From NCBI GenBank assembly GCA_001244265.2, contig CDLV01000007.1, positions 1,612,001 through 1,676,000 of the forward strand: a stretch of DNA of 64,000 nucleotides. Reading direction: 5' to 3'. How positions within the stretch are numbered: the stretch's first letter is position 1; the number at the start of each line of letters is the position of its first letter. Positions 41,172-54,977 of the stretch are shown piece by piece. A program made the translations under genes and the position numbers. The DNA comes from Microbotryum violaceum (lineage: Eukaryota). Under the pieces are notes generated by a model. The model made no database searches, had not been told where the DNA came from, and was given only the letters and a program-made list of their open reading frames with translations.

Positions 41172-44100
41172 ATGAAGCTTATACGAAGCGCTCGCGGCGC
41201 TTTCCTTGGCGCGATCGGGTTGTCTTGTCTGGCGGTGCGACTGGTTCGCGCTCAGGCCGGTGACGAGGGGAACTCCTACTACGCCGACGACACCAACTCG
41301 TGGATCAAGTTCGACGGATCATGGAAGGAAGTCGTCAGCGATCAATTTCACCAGTACACGTCGATGCTCACGAGCGACAAGGGTGCGACGGCCACCTTCA
41401 AGTTCATCGGTGAGTCTCTCAGATGCGCCCTCTCGTGAGACCTTGGGCGCCGGCCGCTCTGTGTTCGTGTTGCGCGCAATTCGGGCTCATTTCCGGGTGC
41501 GCTGACACGAGACCCCTCCCCTGTCTAAAATGGTCGCCCCTATTCTGTTTCCTCGTCGTTTCCACGACAACAGGTGAAAGCTTCAAAATCTTGGGAATCA
41601 GCGATCAAGCCAATTTCAGTGTGACTGTCGATGGACAAGATGCCGACGTCCCCTCCGTCTCATCCGACCCCGACAAAACCTCGGCTCTCTTTTCACAAAC
41701 GCAACTACGCCCCGGGACACAACACACCGTCATCCTCGAGGTCATCTCGAGCGGCAACTTGAGTTTTGATGCCGTCGTCATCGGGTGAGTTGGCAGCTGT
41801 ACTGCATCAAAGAGTCATCGTACTAGTCCCGCTGATGCTCTATGGTTGTCCGACGAACTCACTACCACAGCGGTGGTCCGGCGTCGAAAGCTGCGCTCTG
41901 CCCCGTCAAGGGGCACCAACCTTGCACATCTGTCAATTTCCAATCGATCCCCAAGGCTCACCAGAGCAAGCCCAGTACCGACCGTGGAGGACTCTTCACC
42001 ACATCTCTGCTCCATGCCGGGATCAAGCTCAAGTTGCGAAAGCCGGATCCGGATCCTTCGACCCCCAAAGACAACTCAGGAGACAAGTCAGGAAACCCGT
42101 TGAGGCACCCGAAGGGGGCAGTCGGTAGGAAGCAAAAAGTCGACAATACCGACAAGCAAGATGAGAAGATGGGCAAGGACGACGTCGACCAGGATGGAGG
42201 CAAGCACCAGCACCAAAATGAAGGCAAGGGAGCTCCCAAGGACCAGCCCACGAACGACTCTGCGGATAAGGAATACGATCCAGGAATGAAGATTGGAAAG
42301 ACGTCGGAGCACCACTCGAAGGAGGATCCGGCCGGGGCGGACACCACCAAAAGTGAAAAGGCGGGATTGGAGGGCCACGAGCTCAAACCATCAAAGCAAA
42401 ACAAGCCGGATTCTCCCAAGACCGAAAACCCCGCACCGGACGACCCCAAAGAGCCGAAGGAGACCTCTGCCCCTCACAACCAGACCGACGGCGCGGGCGG
42501 TGATTCGGGCTTGCTGGAGGGTTTGCTCGGTGGGGCAGTCGGCAGCAGCGGTTCAAACGAGCACGAGAGCCACCACGGAGGTGATCACCGCGAGGGTGAT
42601 TCAGCAAGTCAGACACCCAAGAAATCATCGCTCATTCCTGCGATTGTGAAACTGGTCGGCTCCGATGGTGGTCACAAGCCGTCCAAGAGCAAAGCCTCGT
42701 CGAAGCCTACGGACGCCGGTACCCTTGGAAACTCATCTGACCCTCACAAGCCATCATCCTCGGACCACTCGACAACACTTGTGGGATTATCGCGCCCTCT
42801 TGGTGACGGAACGGGTGAGGAGCACCACAGCAACTCTAAGGACTCGGGTATCGAGCAGCCGGAGCCGAAGACACTCGTCGACATCAAGGGTGGCGGTGAC
42901 AAGCATCCCGACGACCCTGCGGCGGATAAGCCGCCACCGACGCCCAAGAAGTTGGTCTCCATCAAGGGTGGACCCACCGACACGGGCCTCCAGGCTGGTA
43001 TCGACCTGCCCAAAATCGTTCTGCCCGGGTCGCCCGCGACCAAGTTGCCCGACGGTCAAGACGTTCTGGGAAAGAAGAACGTCACCGGCCCCTCCAAAGA
43101 TCCCGGTGGCAAGGACCACGATCAAGATCACCCGATCGTGCCTGTGGTCATCAAGTTCTCCGACTCCCACGACGACCCGGGTTCTGTGGCCACGGTCGTC
43201 ACAGTTTCTCAAGAGCCCGTGCCTAAACCGTCTCCAGGTGATTCGTCGGCCTCGTCGGCCTCGTCGAACAAGACCTCGGGCGGCACCCACGGAAACCCCA
43301 CGAAGATGATTCCCGACCCGACGAAAGACATCGATCCAAAGGACACCAATCCAAAAGACGCCGATCCAAAGGACGCCGATCCAAAGGACACGCTGGATCC
43401 TCAGAAGCCAATGAAGGGTGAACATCTCGGTAAAAACACTTCCATTGTCGCACTTGAGGGACCCACGAGTACCGGCAAGGACCTCGGACAAAATCCCGGA
43501 TTGGAACGCAACTCGTCATCAGGAGCGTTGAACACACCCAAGGACACCGATCCAAAGGACACGCTGGATCCTCAGAAGCCAATGAAGGGTGAACATCTCG
43601 GTAAAAACACTTCTATTGTCGCACTTGAGGGACCCACGAGTACCGGCAAGGACCTCGGACAAAATCCCGGATTGGAACGCAACTCGTCATCAGGAGCGTT
43701 GAACACACCCAAGGACACCGATCCAAAGGACACGCTGGATCCTCAGAAGCCAATGAAGGGTGAACATCTCGGTAAAAACACTTCCATTGTCGCACTTGAG
43801 GGACCCACGAGTACCGGCAAGGACCTCGGACAAAATCCCGGATTGGAACGCAACTCGTCATCAGGAGCGTTGAACACACCCAAGGACACCGATCCAAAGG
43901 ACACGCTGGATCCTCAGAAGCCAATGAAGGGTGAACATCTCGGTAAAAACACTTCCATTGTCGCACTTGAGGGACCCACGAGTACCGGCAAGGACCTCGG
44001 ACAAAATCCCGGATTGGAACGCAACTCGTCATCAGGAGCGTTGAACACACCCAAGGACACCGATCCAAAGGACACGCTGGATCCTCAGAAGCCAATGAAG

Positions 44101-46696
44101 GGTGAACATCTCGGTAAAAACACTTCCATTGTCGCACTTGAGGGACCCACGAGTACCGGCAAGGACCTCGGACAAAATCCCGGATTGGAACGCAACTCGT
44201 CATCAGGAGCGTTGAACACACCCAAGGACACCGATCCAAAGGACACGCTGGATCCTCAGAAGCCAATGAAGGGTGAACATCTCGGTAAAAACACTTCCAT
44301 TGTCGCACTTGAGGGACCCACGAGTACCGGCAAGGACCTCGGACAAAATCCCGGATTGGAACGCAACTCGTCATCAGGAGCGTTGAACACACCCAAGGAC
44401 ACCGATCCAAAGGACACGCTGGATCCTCAGAAGCCAATGAAGGGTGAACATCTCGGTAAAAACACTTCTATTGTCGCACTTGAGGGACCCACGAGTACCG
44501 GCAAGGACCTCGGACAAAATCCCGGATTGGAACGCAACTCGTCATCAGGAGCGTTGAACACACCCAAGGACACCGATCCAAAGGACACGCTGGATCCTCA
44601 GAAGCCAATGAAGGGTGAACATCTCGGTAAAAACACTTCCATTGTCGCACTTGAGGGACCCACGAGTACCGGCAAGGACCTCGGACAAAATCCCGGATTG
44701 GAACGCAACTCGTCATCAGGAGCGTCGAATATAACCGTCGGCGGGATAACTTTTTCTCGACTCGCAAGCAAGCCAGACAAGGATGCTTCGACAAAGGTAC
44801 CCGACTCCAAAGTTCCAGTCGTAGTCAAGGATTTACCAACGGCGGTCAACAAGCCAAACACCACTACGAACACCCCGCTTCCCTTCGATGGGAGAAAACC
44901 GCTCGTCGATCACCAGCCCGACGCAAAGTCCCCTGAGAAGACGGGCCAGCAGGGTGACAAATCGGCCAAGTCATCCGTCGTGTCAAAGAGCGGTATGAAC
45001 TCGTCGAATGTCGTGTCAACCAGCGGTAAGAACTCGTCGACGGTCCTGGTCGGGGCTGCGGGCCATCGCGCCGGTACCAAGAAGCCCACACCTTCAACGG
45101 GCCCGGACCCGACGTTGCAGCAGGCTGGCACGGAGGGTCAGCCGTTGAGTACAGAGGACCCAACGAGTCACACGACCAAACCCGTTTTGTCATTAAAAAG
45201 CCAAGATCCACCTCAGCCAAAGACACAGGAGCCAACGCCTGTCGCCGCCACTACGGAACCATCTCCAGCTCCGGTCAACCAGCCATCGCCAATTACGACT
45301 CCGATTTCAGATGGGGAGCCCGGCAATTCTGGTGCTTCGAACCCCTGGTCTGGCGTTGTTCAGCAGGTGAAGAACGACGGCGGCAATGGTGGTGATGGTG
45401 GTGGTGGTGGTGGTGGTGGTGGTGGAGGAGGAGGAGGAAGCAGTGTTGATCCAAAGCCCGACACTGAAACTGCCCCGACGCCGAGGTAAATCTGGTTCAG
45501 ACGTTCTCCGACTAATAGGCGGTCATTTCCAATACTGACCCCCTATTTCTCGCATTTGCCTGCGCAGTGGTGGTGACAACAAGAGCGACGCGCCCCCTGT
45601 CGAAACGAAGAAAGGATCCTGGCTAAATCCGACCCAACCTCCGTCTTCCCTGCCGCTGTCCAAGTCGCACTCCAAGTCATCGGAAACGGGGTCCCCCGAG
45701 CACAAATTTGTGCTGCCTGAAACGACGACGACGACGACCACCAACCACCCCGGTGCGATTGCCGGAGGGTTGTGCGGCGCGATGGCCGGAGCGGGGATCT
45801 TATTCGCTCTGTTGCGCTACCATTCCAATCGACTGCACCAAAAAAGTATCCTCGACGAGGCGAATCGCAATGCTAGGAGCCCTACTCCGGGACCAAGTCG
45901 TCCTTCACCGCCCACGTTCATCGCTCCTTCCGACATCACGGTACAGATCGCCTCGACCCACCCTTACGCCAGGACACCTACCCCGCCGCCCATTCGTCCC
46001 CACCCTCAGGTGCTGAATATCAAGCCCAACGTGGGTCAACCGCGCCCCCTTCCTCCTACGATGACCGCGGAGGAGATGCGAGAGATCGATCGGGTGATTG
46101 GTCGGGCGACCGGTCACGTCGCACAGGGGTCGAATGCCTCGCAAGCGACGATAAGATCGACTCGCGAAATCGCCAGGCCTGCGTCGGACTTCAAGGCCCC
46201 TCGAAGTCCTCCTGCTCCACCCGTCGACACGATGCCCACGACCTTCCCGACCGATATCGACGCCGCCGAAGAAGCAGCCGACGAAGAAGCCGCTGCTGCG
46301 CTCGCAGCGAGTCACATCATCCGCTTCGACGAGACGGCCGATGTCGCCGCTCCTCGCGCGTCGCTACCCCCTGTCCTCCCGCATATCCGCCCTCTCTCCC
46401 CGGACGACGTGACTCTCGACATTGCCTTCCAGTCCACTCACACGACGCATCCCGATTCGGCCATTGACGTCCCCACCGACGCTTCTAGGGACGACCCGGA
46501 CGACCCGGACGACACCCCGAGAGACGAGGTCGAGCGCGAAGCGCGCGAGCGCACGGTCGTCGTCGAGATCCCGATCGATTCACCTTTGATCACGCGTAGT
46601 CAGGACGCAACGGGTTGGCACAAGAGGGAACTGTACCCCAAGTACGAACCCAGCCGAGGGGACCCGAGGTTGTGGGCTGCTCCCTCCAAGGAGTAG
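41172..46696 (+). CDS. Mucin-like type I membrane protein, ~1730 aa: signal peptide, jelly-roll-like domain, tandem repeats, single TM, Pro-rich tail
   Basis: Exons 41172-41409, 41574-41784, 41871-45485 and 45568-46696 join in frame. Signal peptide ends ..VRA; DDTNSWIKFDGSW..ATATFKF.G..VTVDG..HTVILEV..FDAVVI; TM GAIAGGLCGAMAGAGILFALL. Confidence 0.85.
43381..44724 (+). repeat. Coding tandem repeat, 171 bp (57 aa) x ~8
   Basis: Units start at 43381, 43552, 43723, 43894, 44065, 44236, 44407 and 44578; near-identical. Confidence 0.97.
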
Positions 46697-47105
46697 AGTA
46701 TTCACTCGAGCTTTCTTGCTTTCTTTCTGTGCCTCCTGACCCTCTTCCCATTTTATTCGATTCACCCACTTTTGCCACTTTCTCCTTTCGTTTCGTTATC
46801 TCTTATGCATGAGTCGTCGTCTTTTCACCTATTTCGGCTCATCTAGTCCACTTTTCCGTCTTCTGTGGTTTTTTCTCAATTACATTTTTTTCTTCCTGTT
46901 TTTGCTCCCGGCGTCGGAGAAGCGACCTTCTGAGAGCTGCACAGCATTTTGTGAGAATGCAGGAAACACGGCAGAGTACAAACAGTAGTAGGAACAAAAG
47001 CGATGCAGAACGATGTTACTAACGAGAAACAAAATAAAACGGCGCCACTTTGAAGCAGAGGGACGGCAAGCTCGGACACGGCGACGACCGGCGCGTCGGA
47101 GTCCC

Positions 47106-50100
47106 TTAAGCGCTACGATTCTTAATCTTACCCCCTTTGCCCTTGGCCTGCAAGACCAGCAAACTCGACGCCTCGATACCAGCCACGACATAACCCACCG
47201 CGACGTCGCCCAAGGACCTTCTTACCTCGGACGAGTTCGCCACTCCGCCGGTCACGCGATCGAAGTTCTGCTTGAGCAAGTCGGTCAATTCGCTCGCGTG
47301 CGAAGGGGCATCTTTCCTCGATCGGCCAGAGATGAGCACAAATGGGACGTTGTTGGGTAAGGAAGCTGAAGTCGCTCGCGCGCTGGCGAGGGTGAGATGT
47401 AACGGTTGGACGGTTCGGATCGTTTCGTACTTAACGCGGGAGAGCGCATCGGTCAAAGCCTGCGATCGAGCGAGGGACGGGTCAAAGTACCTCGCGAGGA
47501 GGATCTCATCCGCCGTCTGCGACGTCAATTCGTTCTGCGTCGGGTAGATCGTGTCGACCGCTCCTCCACCGCCCTGAACGGTAAACTGCGACAAGAGTGC
47601 GGGGGTGTCAATCGAGCTCGAAGAGTCATCGCGGGTGTTATTCTTGGTCGACAAGGCCTGGTCGGCAGCCGTCGCTTCGGCCGCTCGCTCGATCTTGACG
47701 ACCGTGGCTGAGAGACCCGAGTGGCGAGCGATGAGTTGCAAGAGCATGTTGAGACATGCTCGATCGTCGGATCCGCCGTGAAAAGCGAGAAAGAGGTGGG
47801 CCCGTCCCGCAAGCAAAGGTGCAGCATCGGCGGGGGAGCCTCGTTCGAGAAAGAGGGCGACATCGCACGTCGCATCGGCAAAGACCTTGCGCACGAACGA
47901 GGCGTACGCCAACGAGCCCGAAGCGGCCGAAGCGTCGTTGCCAAAGATGCTGTCGAACGGGTTCGGCAGGTACGAGGCGATCACACCTTGTTCGGCTTGA
48001 CGATTCGGCAAGACCCAAGGCAACACGACGACGTCCGAGGCGTGCTCTTCCGAGTGGCCAGCGACGACGGACGCGTACGTCTCTTGCGACGTGATCGACA
48101 GAGAGAGCGACGTCGACAGGCCGAGCCCACGGGCGAAGGAGTGGAACACGCGCGTCAAGCTGTCAGCGCGGATCAAGGTTTCTTGCGACTCGGAAGCTTT
48201 GAGCAGGGCCGAGGTACGATCCGTCAGCTCGATGAGACGGAGGGCCGAAATCGAAGGGGTCGAGCCCTGTGGCGAGCCGCTCTCGTGGCCATGGGCGGAG
48301 AAAGCCTCGACGGCTTCGGCTTCCTCGTCCTTCTTCTCGTCCGCCGAGTCGACGAGCGAAAGAGCGGTATCACCGGATTGCTGGATAAGGCGGCAGAACG
48401 AAAAGACGGCGGGGAGGTTGTCGAACTGTTCGAGGACGATGGCAAAGCGGGAGCGAGGCTGGTTCTCGTCGCCGGGTCCACCGAGCGCGAGTGCATCCTC
48501 CGAGAGATCCGGTAAGCCCTTGCGAGCTCGGTCGGCCTTGATGCGATAAGCTTTAGGGTAAAAGGCGAGCGTAAGAGGCGTCGTGAGGAACGTCGTGACC
48601 AGTGCCATGGTGATGAACATGGCAAACACTTCGGGGTTGAGGATCTTGGCGTTCAGACCAATGTTGAGCACGATGATTTCGACCAGTCCTTTGCAAGCCA
48701 TGAGCGAACCGACGGCACCCGATTCGCGCCAGGTCATGCCAAACACCTTGGCCGTTCCTCCACAAGCGACGAACTTGCCGACAAAGGCGACAACGATGAC
48801 GCAAATTGTCCAGCCCCAGATGCGACCGTTGGCGAGTAAGCCGAGATCGGTCTTGAGGCCCGAGAGCGCAAAGTAGAGCGGCAGGAAGAGGATTGTGACG
48901 ACATCCTCGATCTTTTCGGTCAAGGACGCGCGGATCTGAACGGGGACGATGAGTCCGACGAGGAAGCCACCAAAGATGGCGTGGATGCCGATGCGATCCG
49001 TGGCCCACGCGCTCGCGAGGACGAGGAAGAGGACGGCGCACGACATGGACTGCGAAGGGCCCGTGTCGCCGTACGAGTTGGTGCGGTGGCCGAGCCAGAC
49101 GAGGGCAGGCCGAGCGATGTACCACAGGGCAAGAATCCAGCCGATCGAAGTGAGAACGATATAGAGGATGATGATGCCGCTGCTGGCGTTGACGAGCGCG
49201 ATTGCTAAAGCGAGGAGCACCCAGCCGACAACGTCATTGCCGACACCTGCGGCGAGGACGATGACGCCGACGTGGTTCTGCAACAGGTCGAGTTCGGTCA
49301 AAATGCGGGCGAGCACGGGGAACGCGGTGATGGCATTGGCGACGCCGATGAAGAGCAAAAAGGTGCCGAACTTGACGCTCTTGCTGACAAAGTTGTCGTA
49401 CACGCCGACCGAGACTGCGGCGCCGAGGGCAAAGGGGATGACCAAGCCGAGGGCCGAGATGGTCGTCGAGACCTTGAAGTTGCGGCGCATGAGCGAAAAG
49501 TCGGTCTCGAGTCCGACAAGGAATAGGAACAGGACTAGACCCAAATTGGCGACGAGATTGAGGTACGGCACCGAGGGCACGGGGAAGATTCGTCGGGTAA
49601 AGTTAGGGATGCGACCTGGACAGTGTATGACGATGGAGGTCAGGATTTGGAAAAGGAAAAAAGGTGTTTGGCGGCTGGAACCCACCGAATACACTCGGTC
49701 CGAGGAGCAGGCCGCCAATGACCTCGGCGATGACCTGGGGTTGACGAAGTTTGCGCAAGAAGAAGGCGAGTATCCTCGATAGCGCAACGATGATGAAGGC
49801 TTGCACGATGAACAAAATCAAAGGACTGTTTTGAAGAAGAGGCAGAGTTAGTTTGAGCGCGATCAAGTGTGCGACCTACCTAGAGCCAGAGCGCCCGATC
49901 GCGCATGTCGGAAGAAATGAGGACGCGGTCTTGACGCTGAGGCACGTGCTTTTCGAACGCGCGCGGATCGCGTGAGGACCGTGGCCCCTTGTTCGCTCAC
50001 TCGGGCGGCCAGGTCGTAGAGGCAGGCCAAACCGAATAGCTCACTTTGTGGAATCGAACTCGACCGGGTTGGGATGAGAAGGATCGAATATGGACGCGGC

Positions 50101-50277
50101 GACGGCCTTGGCAGCGGTCGCAGAGGGTTCGGCGAGCACGGTCGATAGGGTGGCGCCGGCCAAGCCCGTGACGGCTGAGAGAACGGGAGAGGAACGGGTG
50201 GCGTGGCAGGTCAGTTCTGTCAGTTGGGAGGAGCAGTACATCGTGTAGGAAATGGAACGTACTGGCTGTGACGACAT
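47106..50277 (-). CDS. KHA1: K+/H+ antiporter (CPA2 family)
   Basis: LRQPQVIAEVIGGLLLGPS, LFLFLVGLE, ITAFPVLARILTEL, AAGVGNDVVGW, IHAIFGGFLVG, LMACKGLVEIIVLNIG. Confidence 0.93.
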
Positions 50278-50900
50278 GGTCCGTGGCGTGGGACATGGTG
50301 GTGGCTGTGTCAGACCGACCGCGACTCGGACTCGACTTGAACGTGGAGCAGAGACGAGATGGAGAGGGAGGCGATGGAGGAAGCCTTTACGCGCGAGTCT
50401 CCGTAGCGATGGGTGGGCCGCCCCCCTGGGGGTGGCGCGCATGCGCTTAGAGTGGAGTAGGCGAGAGAAATGCCTGTTCGCTTCTGCACCTTATTCGTTT
50501 CGCTCGAACGGCAGTGCTTATTGCCTCTACACTCGCGAAACTTTTCGACCCACCTACCGTCCCGAATACGGTGCTGTCTTATTTCAAGGGAATATTGGCG
50601 TTTTTGCAAACCGCGGTCCCTGGGGTGTACGCATCATCCCAGGGTCTCGTCCAGGAAGATTAATCATCTTCCTCATCCCAACACAACCAAACACACCGAA
50701 AGATACACAAGGAAGGTCGCAATTCCCTTCCCGCGCTCGAGAACCCCATTGGCATCCGATCGAGACATCGGAGGGGAAAAGCGCCGCTCGTTCGGAGTTG
50801 TGGCTCTCTCCGCCTCTCTCCCTCTGATCCGACTTGCGCCGTTGCCCTCTGCGTTCAGATAGCTCTTAGATCCGAGTGCAACCCCTCAAACAGATCGGCG

Positions 50901-53900
50901 ATGGCCCGGCCATTCTCGCCCTCGTTTATGCCGTCGTACGGTGCCACGCCTCGAGCAGCGACACCGGCATTGAGCGACGATGTTGAGCCAAACTCGTCGT
51001 CATCGGCGACGCGATCGACTCGGGTCTGTCGGTCGCTCGTGGTCCGGGCTGCAGCCCATGACCAAGGGGTCGGAGCGACGCTGTACTGCCGAGTGAGTAT
51101 CTGGTCAATTCGAGCTTCGCCTTGTAAAAACTCAGCTGATTCGGGACGCGTGCACCCGTGACAGATCGCGATTCCAGCTTCAATGTCAACGGCCACGGGG
51201 AGCCCATCCGACTACGCGTCGACGCAGCGCACCATTCCTTTCCTCACCCTGCCCGTTACTGCTCAACTCAAGCACTACTCTTCCTACCCTCTCCCCTTGG
51301 AGACCTCTCTGCACGCCTCCGTCACCGAAGCAGCTCAGGCGGCGCACATCCTCGGCATCGCTGCAGACGACTCGCAGCACCTCTCTGGTCGAACTACACC
51401 CTCGGGTCGAAGATCGAGTCTGGCCAACGCTCGCTTCTCTATACCGCACAACAGGGAGATTAGGATATTCAGGACCTCCCAGGATGCGAACGAGATATCG
51501 CTTGTTGTCGAACACGAAGCCGCTTCCGGTGTCGATTTGGGCAGGCCAACAAATCCCTTGCCTCCGGTGGGTCCGATTGAGTGGATCCTCGTCTTGCGAA
51601 TCGAGTCGCAGTTTGGGGACTTGAAGCTACCTCGCTTCCCCAACAAGGTACCGTCTATTGACTGTTCACTCTCCTCAATTTCGGAACCTAATCCGCAAAG
51701 AATCTTCTCGCAGGTCGTGATCCCCGTACCGGCGTGTCTACGCAATCTCTTGACATTCGAGCTACCCTCGCCGTCGTCGATAGCTTCGACTTCTTTGTCC
51801 GCGTCTACTGAGGGCCAGTGGGGTATCTCGATGAAGCCGGATCTGCGGAACCTCTCGAGCAAACTTTCCACCGTCACGTCCTTGCCCGCGACCTCCTTCA
51901 CCGGATCCTTCAAGTCGACGTCCTCTGTCGTGCTGTCTTGGATCCGGCTTGACTCGCCTCCAGCCGATTTCATCATCCCACATTCGCACCTCGATGTGAG
52001 ATGGAACATTGGGCCGACGGGCACCGGTCGAGCCATGCTCGCGTGCACGGGCGACTTTGAGTATGCGGGGCTCAACGACAAACGATGGATTGAAATCTTC
52101 ATTTCGCATCTCGCTCGTGGAAATGTGGACCAGAGGGATGTCGTACAAGTGGCAGAAGTTAGGGGTGCAGGTGTGCTCAAATGGAACGTCGCGGCATCTT
52201 CGAGCACGACGACACGGACTCGCACCAAACGACAGCCATGTAAAACTCCCCTAGCGGTGCAGTCGATGGCGCATGCGACCCCGACCACGCAGGCTCGACC
52301 TCGCGCCCTTGGTATCGCCGAAAGTCGCCCTCTCTCCTACACCTCGCTATTCGACACGACTGCGCCCGAAGCACCCGAGATCGACCCTGGCCTGGCCGCA
52401 CGCATCGATCCCGAGCGCGTGCAAGCCAAGCTGAAGGAGCCGAGTCTTCTGCGGCAGGTGGCGCCGTTTCCTTCGGAGGCGGATGATTCTATCGAGGACT
52501 CGTTCGAGGACACTTCCGAAAATGAGAGTCTCGTATCCGAGGCAATACCGATGGAGATCGCGGGCTCCGTCACACCCCAAAGGGCCGCTTTGATCGACTC
52601 GTGGCTGACTAGCTCGTCCGAGTCGGAGCCCGAGCCCGGCGAGGAGATCAGAGAAGCCGATAGCGACAGTGACGACGAGTCTAGCACTGTACAGCAAACC
52701 ATCGTTCGCGTCCAACTAGATTTCAACACCCTTTTGACGCCCGAAGCCATGCCGAATCCTGCGTTTGCGTTCGAAATGGACCTCGAGTTCGCATCGGGCG
52801 CACTGCGATCTTCGACGGAGGTTGCAGAGTCCGGCCCTTCTTCCAAATCGATTGGCTCACTACGCCTCGTCCTGCCCAAGTTTTCGATCGCCACTGCTGC
52901 TCAAGAAGATGCCGTCGTTTCGGTTTCAGCCGGTGATGGTCGAAGCGTCGAGATGCTGGCATCGAATTCAATGCTCGACGGCGACTACGAGCGATCCCAG
53001 TTCGACTCGCCCTTGCCCGCCGCAGGGGGTAAAGCTCGCTGGAGAACGGAACGAAACGCTTCGGACGAGGATGCGCTGGAGCAGCACGAGCTTGTCGAGG
53101 TCGAGATCGTCACTCGTCCGGTTGCTCAACCCTCTCCGGCCAAGAGTCGGATCGACCTCGACGACATGGACTCTTCTCTCGATGGCTCCGCAGCCGAGGA
53201 CGAGGCATCTCCTTCCCTGGCCCGAGCTCGAAGAGGGCCTGCGCGCAAGCGAGCTTTACCGCCATTGCTTCGTCGCACGACCTCGACGCAGTCCCTTCGA
53301 TCGCAGGCCTCACAATCTTCACTCACTTTGGGGCACCGCATGTCCTCTTCTTCCTTCGTGGGGCTCGCGGCTTCAAACTTGGGTCTCGTCAAGCTGAGGA
53401 TCACGCCCGTGCCGCCTTTGGCACCCTATCAGCCGTGGCGGCTGTTCAGTCATCTCACACTCGCCAGACCAGTCGGATCACTCGAGCTTCCCCTTCGAGG
53501 CGGGAGTGATCAGAAAGTCGAAGTGTGCGACACGTGGGATGCTCGCGGTCTTTCGACCGAGGTGGAAACGGAAACGAAGGAGGGGAAGGTCATTGTCGAA
53601 GGGGAAGTGTCGAATAATCGGATGACGGTGCGCGAGTCGCCGAGAGAGGCACGTCAACGCCAGGGGGGGATGAAGGAGATGTTGTACAAGGTCGAAATGA
53701 TGCAGGAAGGCGATAGTGTTGAGATTGGTGACGTCTTGCCCGCTTTCGATGTCAAAGTCGCCAGCATGGAGGTTGAAGTCGTTCCTGTCGCAGGTGAGTC
53801 AACGATTCATGCGATGTGACCCACGCCGAGAAAAAGTTCAAGGAGCTTAGACATTGTTGTGTTACAGGGTACGATCTGAAAATGGACGGGCAGACTTTTG

Positions 53901-54661
53901 ACTCGGCCACGCCTGTAGTCGAAGGCAAGCCGACAACGTTCTCAAAATTCCAAATCGCTCCACGGGACATGGCCAAACTTTCCATCCACCTCGAGGCCAA
54001 GGTCGCTACATCGCCCACATCACCAAGCACGAGCGTCGGCTTTGTGTCCTCGCCGACCATCCTACCCTCGCCATCACCTCTAGCTTTGCAAGCGCTCGGC
54101 TCACCCGCGTCTGCGGTGGGGACGCCGCCACTTTCTCCGATCCCGGCCCTCGAACTCGACAACCAATTTGTGCCACAAAAGAACCTCAGGAAGACCTCCC
54201 GTCCATGGACTTGGCCACTTCTGGCTATGCTCGCTTCGATTCTGTTGGGCTTCATCGCCCGCCCCGAGTCATTCGCTTCAATGTATGAGCTGGCCACGCA
54301 GCCGAGGTTCTCGGCGCCGTCTTCATTCCCCGCAGTACCTCTGTCGTCTGCGGGCGTCCACACCGAGGTCTTACCGATCCTCACCCTCGATGCTGCTCCC
54401 GTTGTATCTCCGACAGCGGCACCCTCAGCGCCAGCACTCACACCTGCTCCGATAGAAGTGGAGGACATCCCCTCTCCGCCGACTCCCAGCCCTCTCTCCG
54501 ATGAGACCCCTATTCCCCAACCCTTTTCAAACATTAACCTATCCCCAGCTCCAACTCTTGGTACAGCGCTTGTCACCTTTGTGCAGCGGATGCAGTCAGA
54601 GGTCAAAGCGAGGATAGAGGATCTTCTTTGGGTCGTCATGTCGCTCATAGGATTGTCGTAA
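50901..54661 (+). CDS. Large hypothetical protein (4 exons) with C-terminal hydrophobic segments
   Basis: Long ORFs 51183-53819 and 53816-54661 linked by canonical introns; TM-like WPLLAMLASILLGFIA. Confidence 0.7.
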
Positions 54662-54977
54662 TAACACAAATACACACCTCCCCCCTTTCGACCTCAAGCC
54701 TTCAGCCTGATGCGAGTTAACCCAAATCACCCCCTTGAGCGTTTCTTGACTCAAAAATTGACCTTGAGGCCAACCCTTAAGCTGGCCATGAAGCTAAGGC
54801 CGACCTCCTGAGTCGCACAGCAGGTTCTCGAGTCATCAAACAAAAACGCTCGACGAAACAACGGGGTGCGCTACGATTTGACCCGCCAGCCAGTGGACGC
54901 TTTTACTAAGGTGTGGAAGGTGTGGGGTCGAACATCACACACTGCCGCAAGGCTACGCTCAAGTTTAGTTACTCCAT

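Noticed and set aside
43381-44724. CRISPR-like array, and antisense Cys-rich ORFs (43613-44437)
   Set aside because: No unique spacers; it is an in-frame coding repeat in a eukaryotic gene, and the antisense ORFs are shadows.
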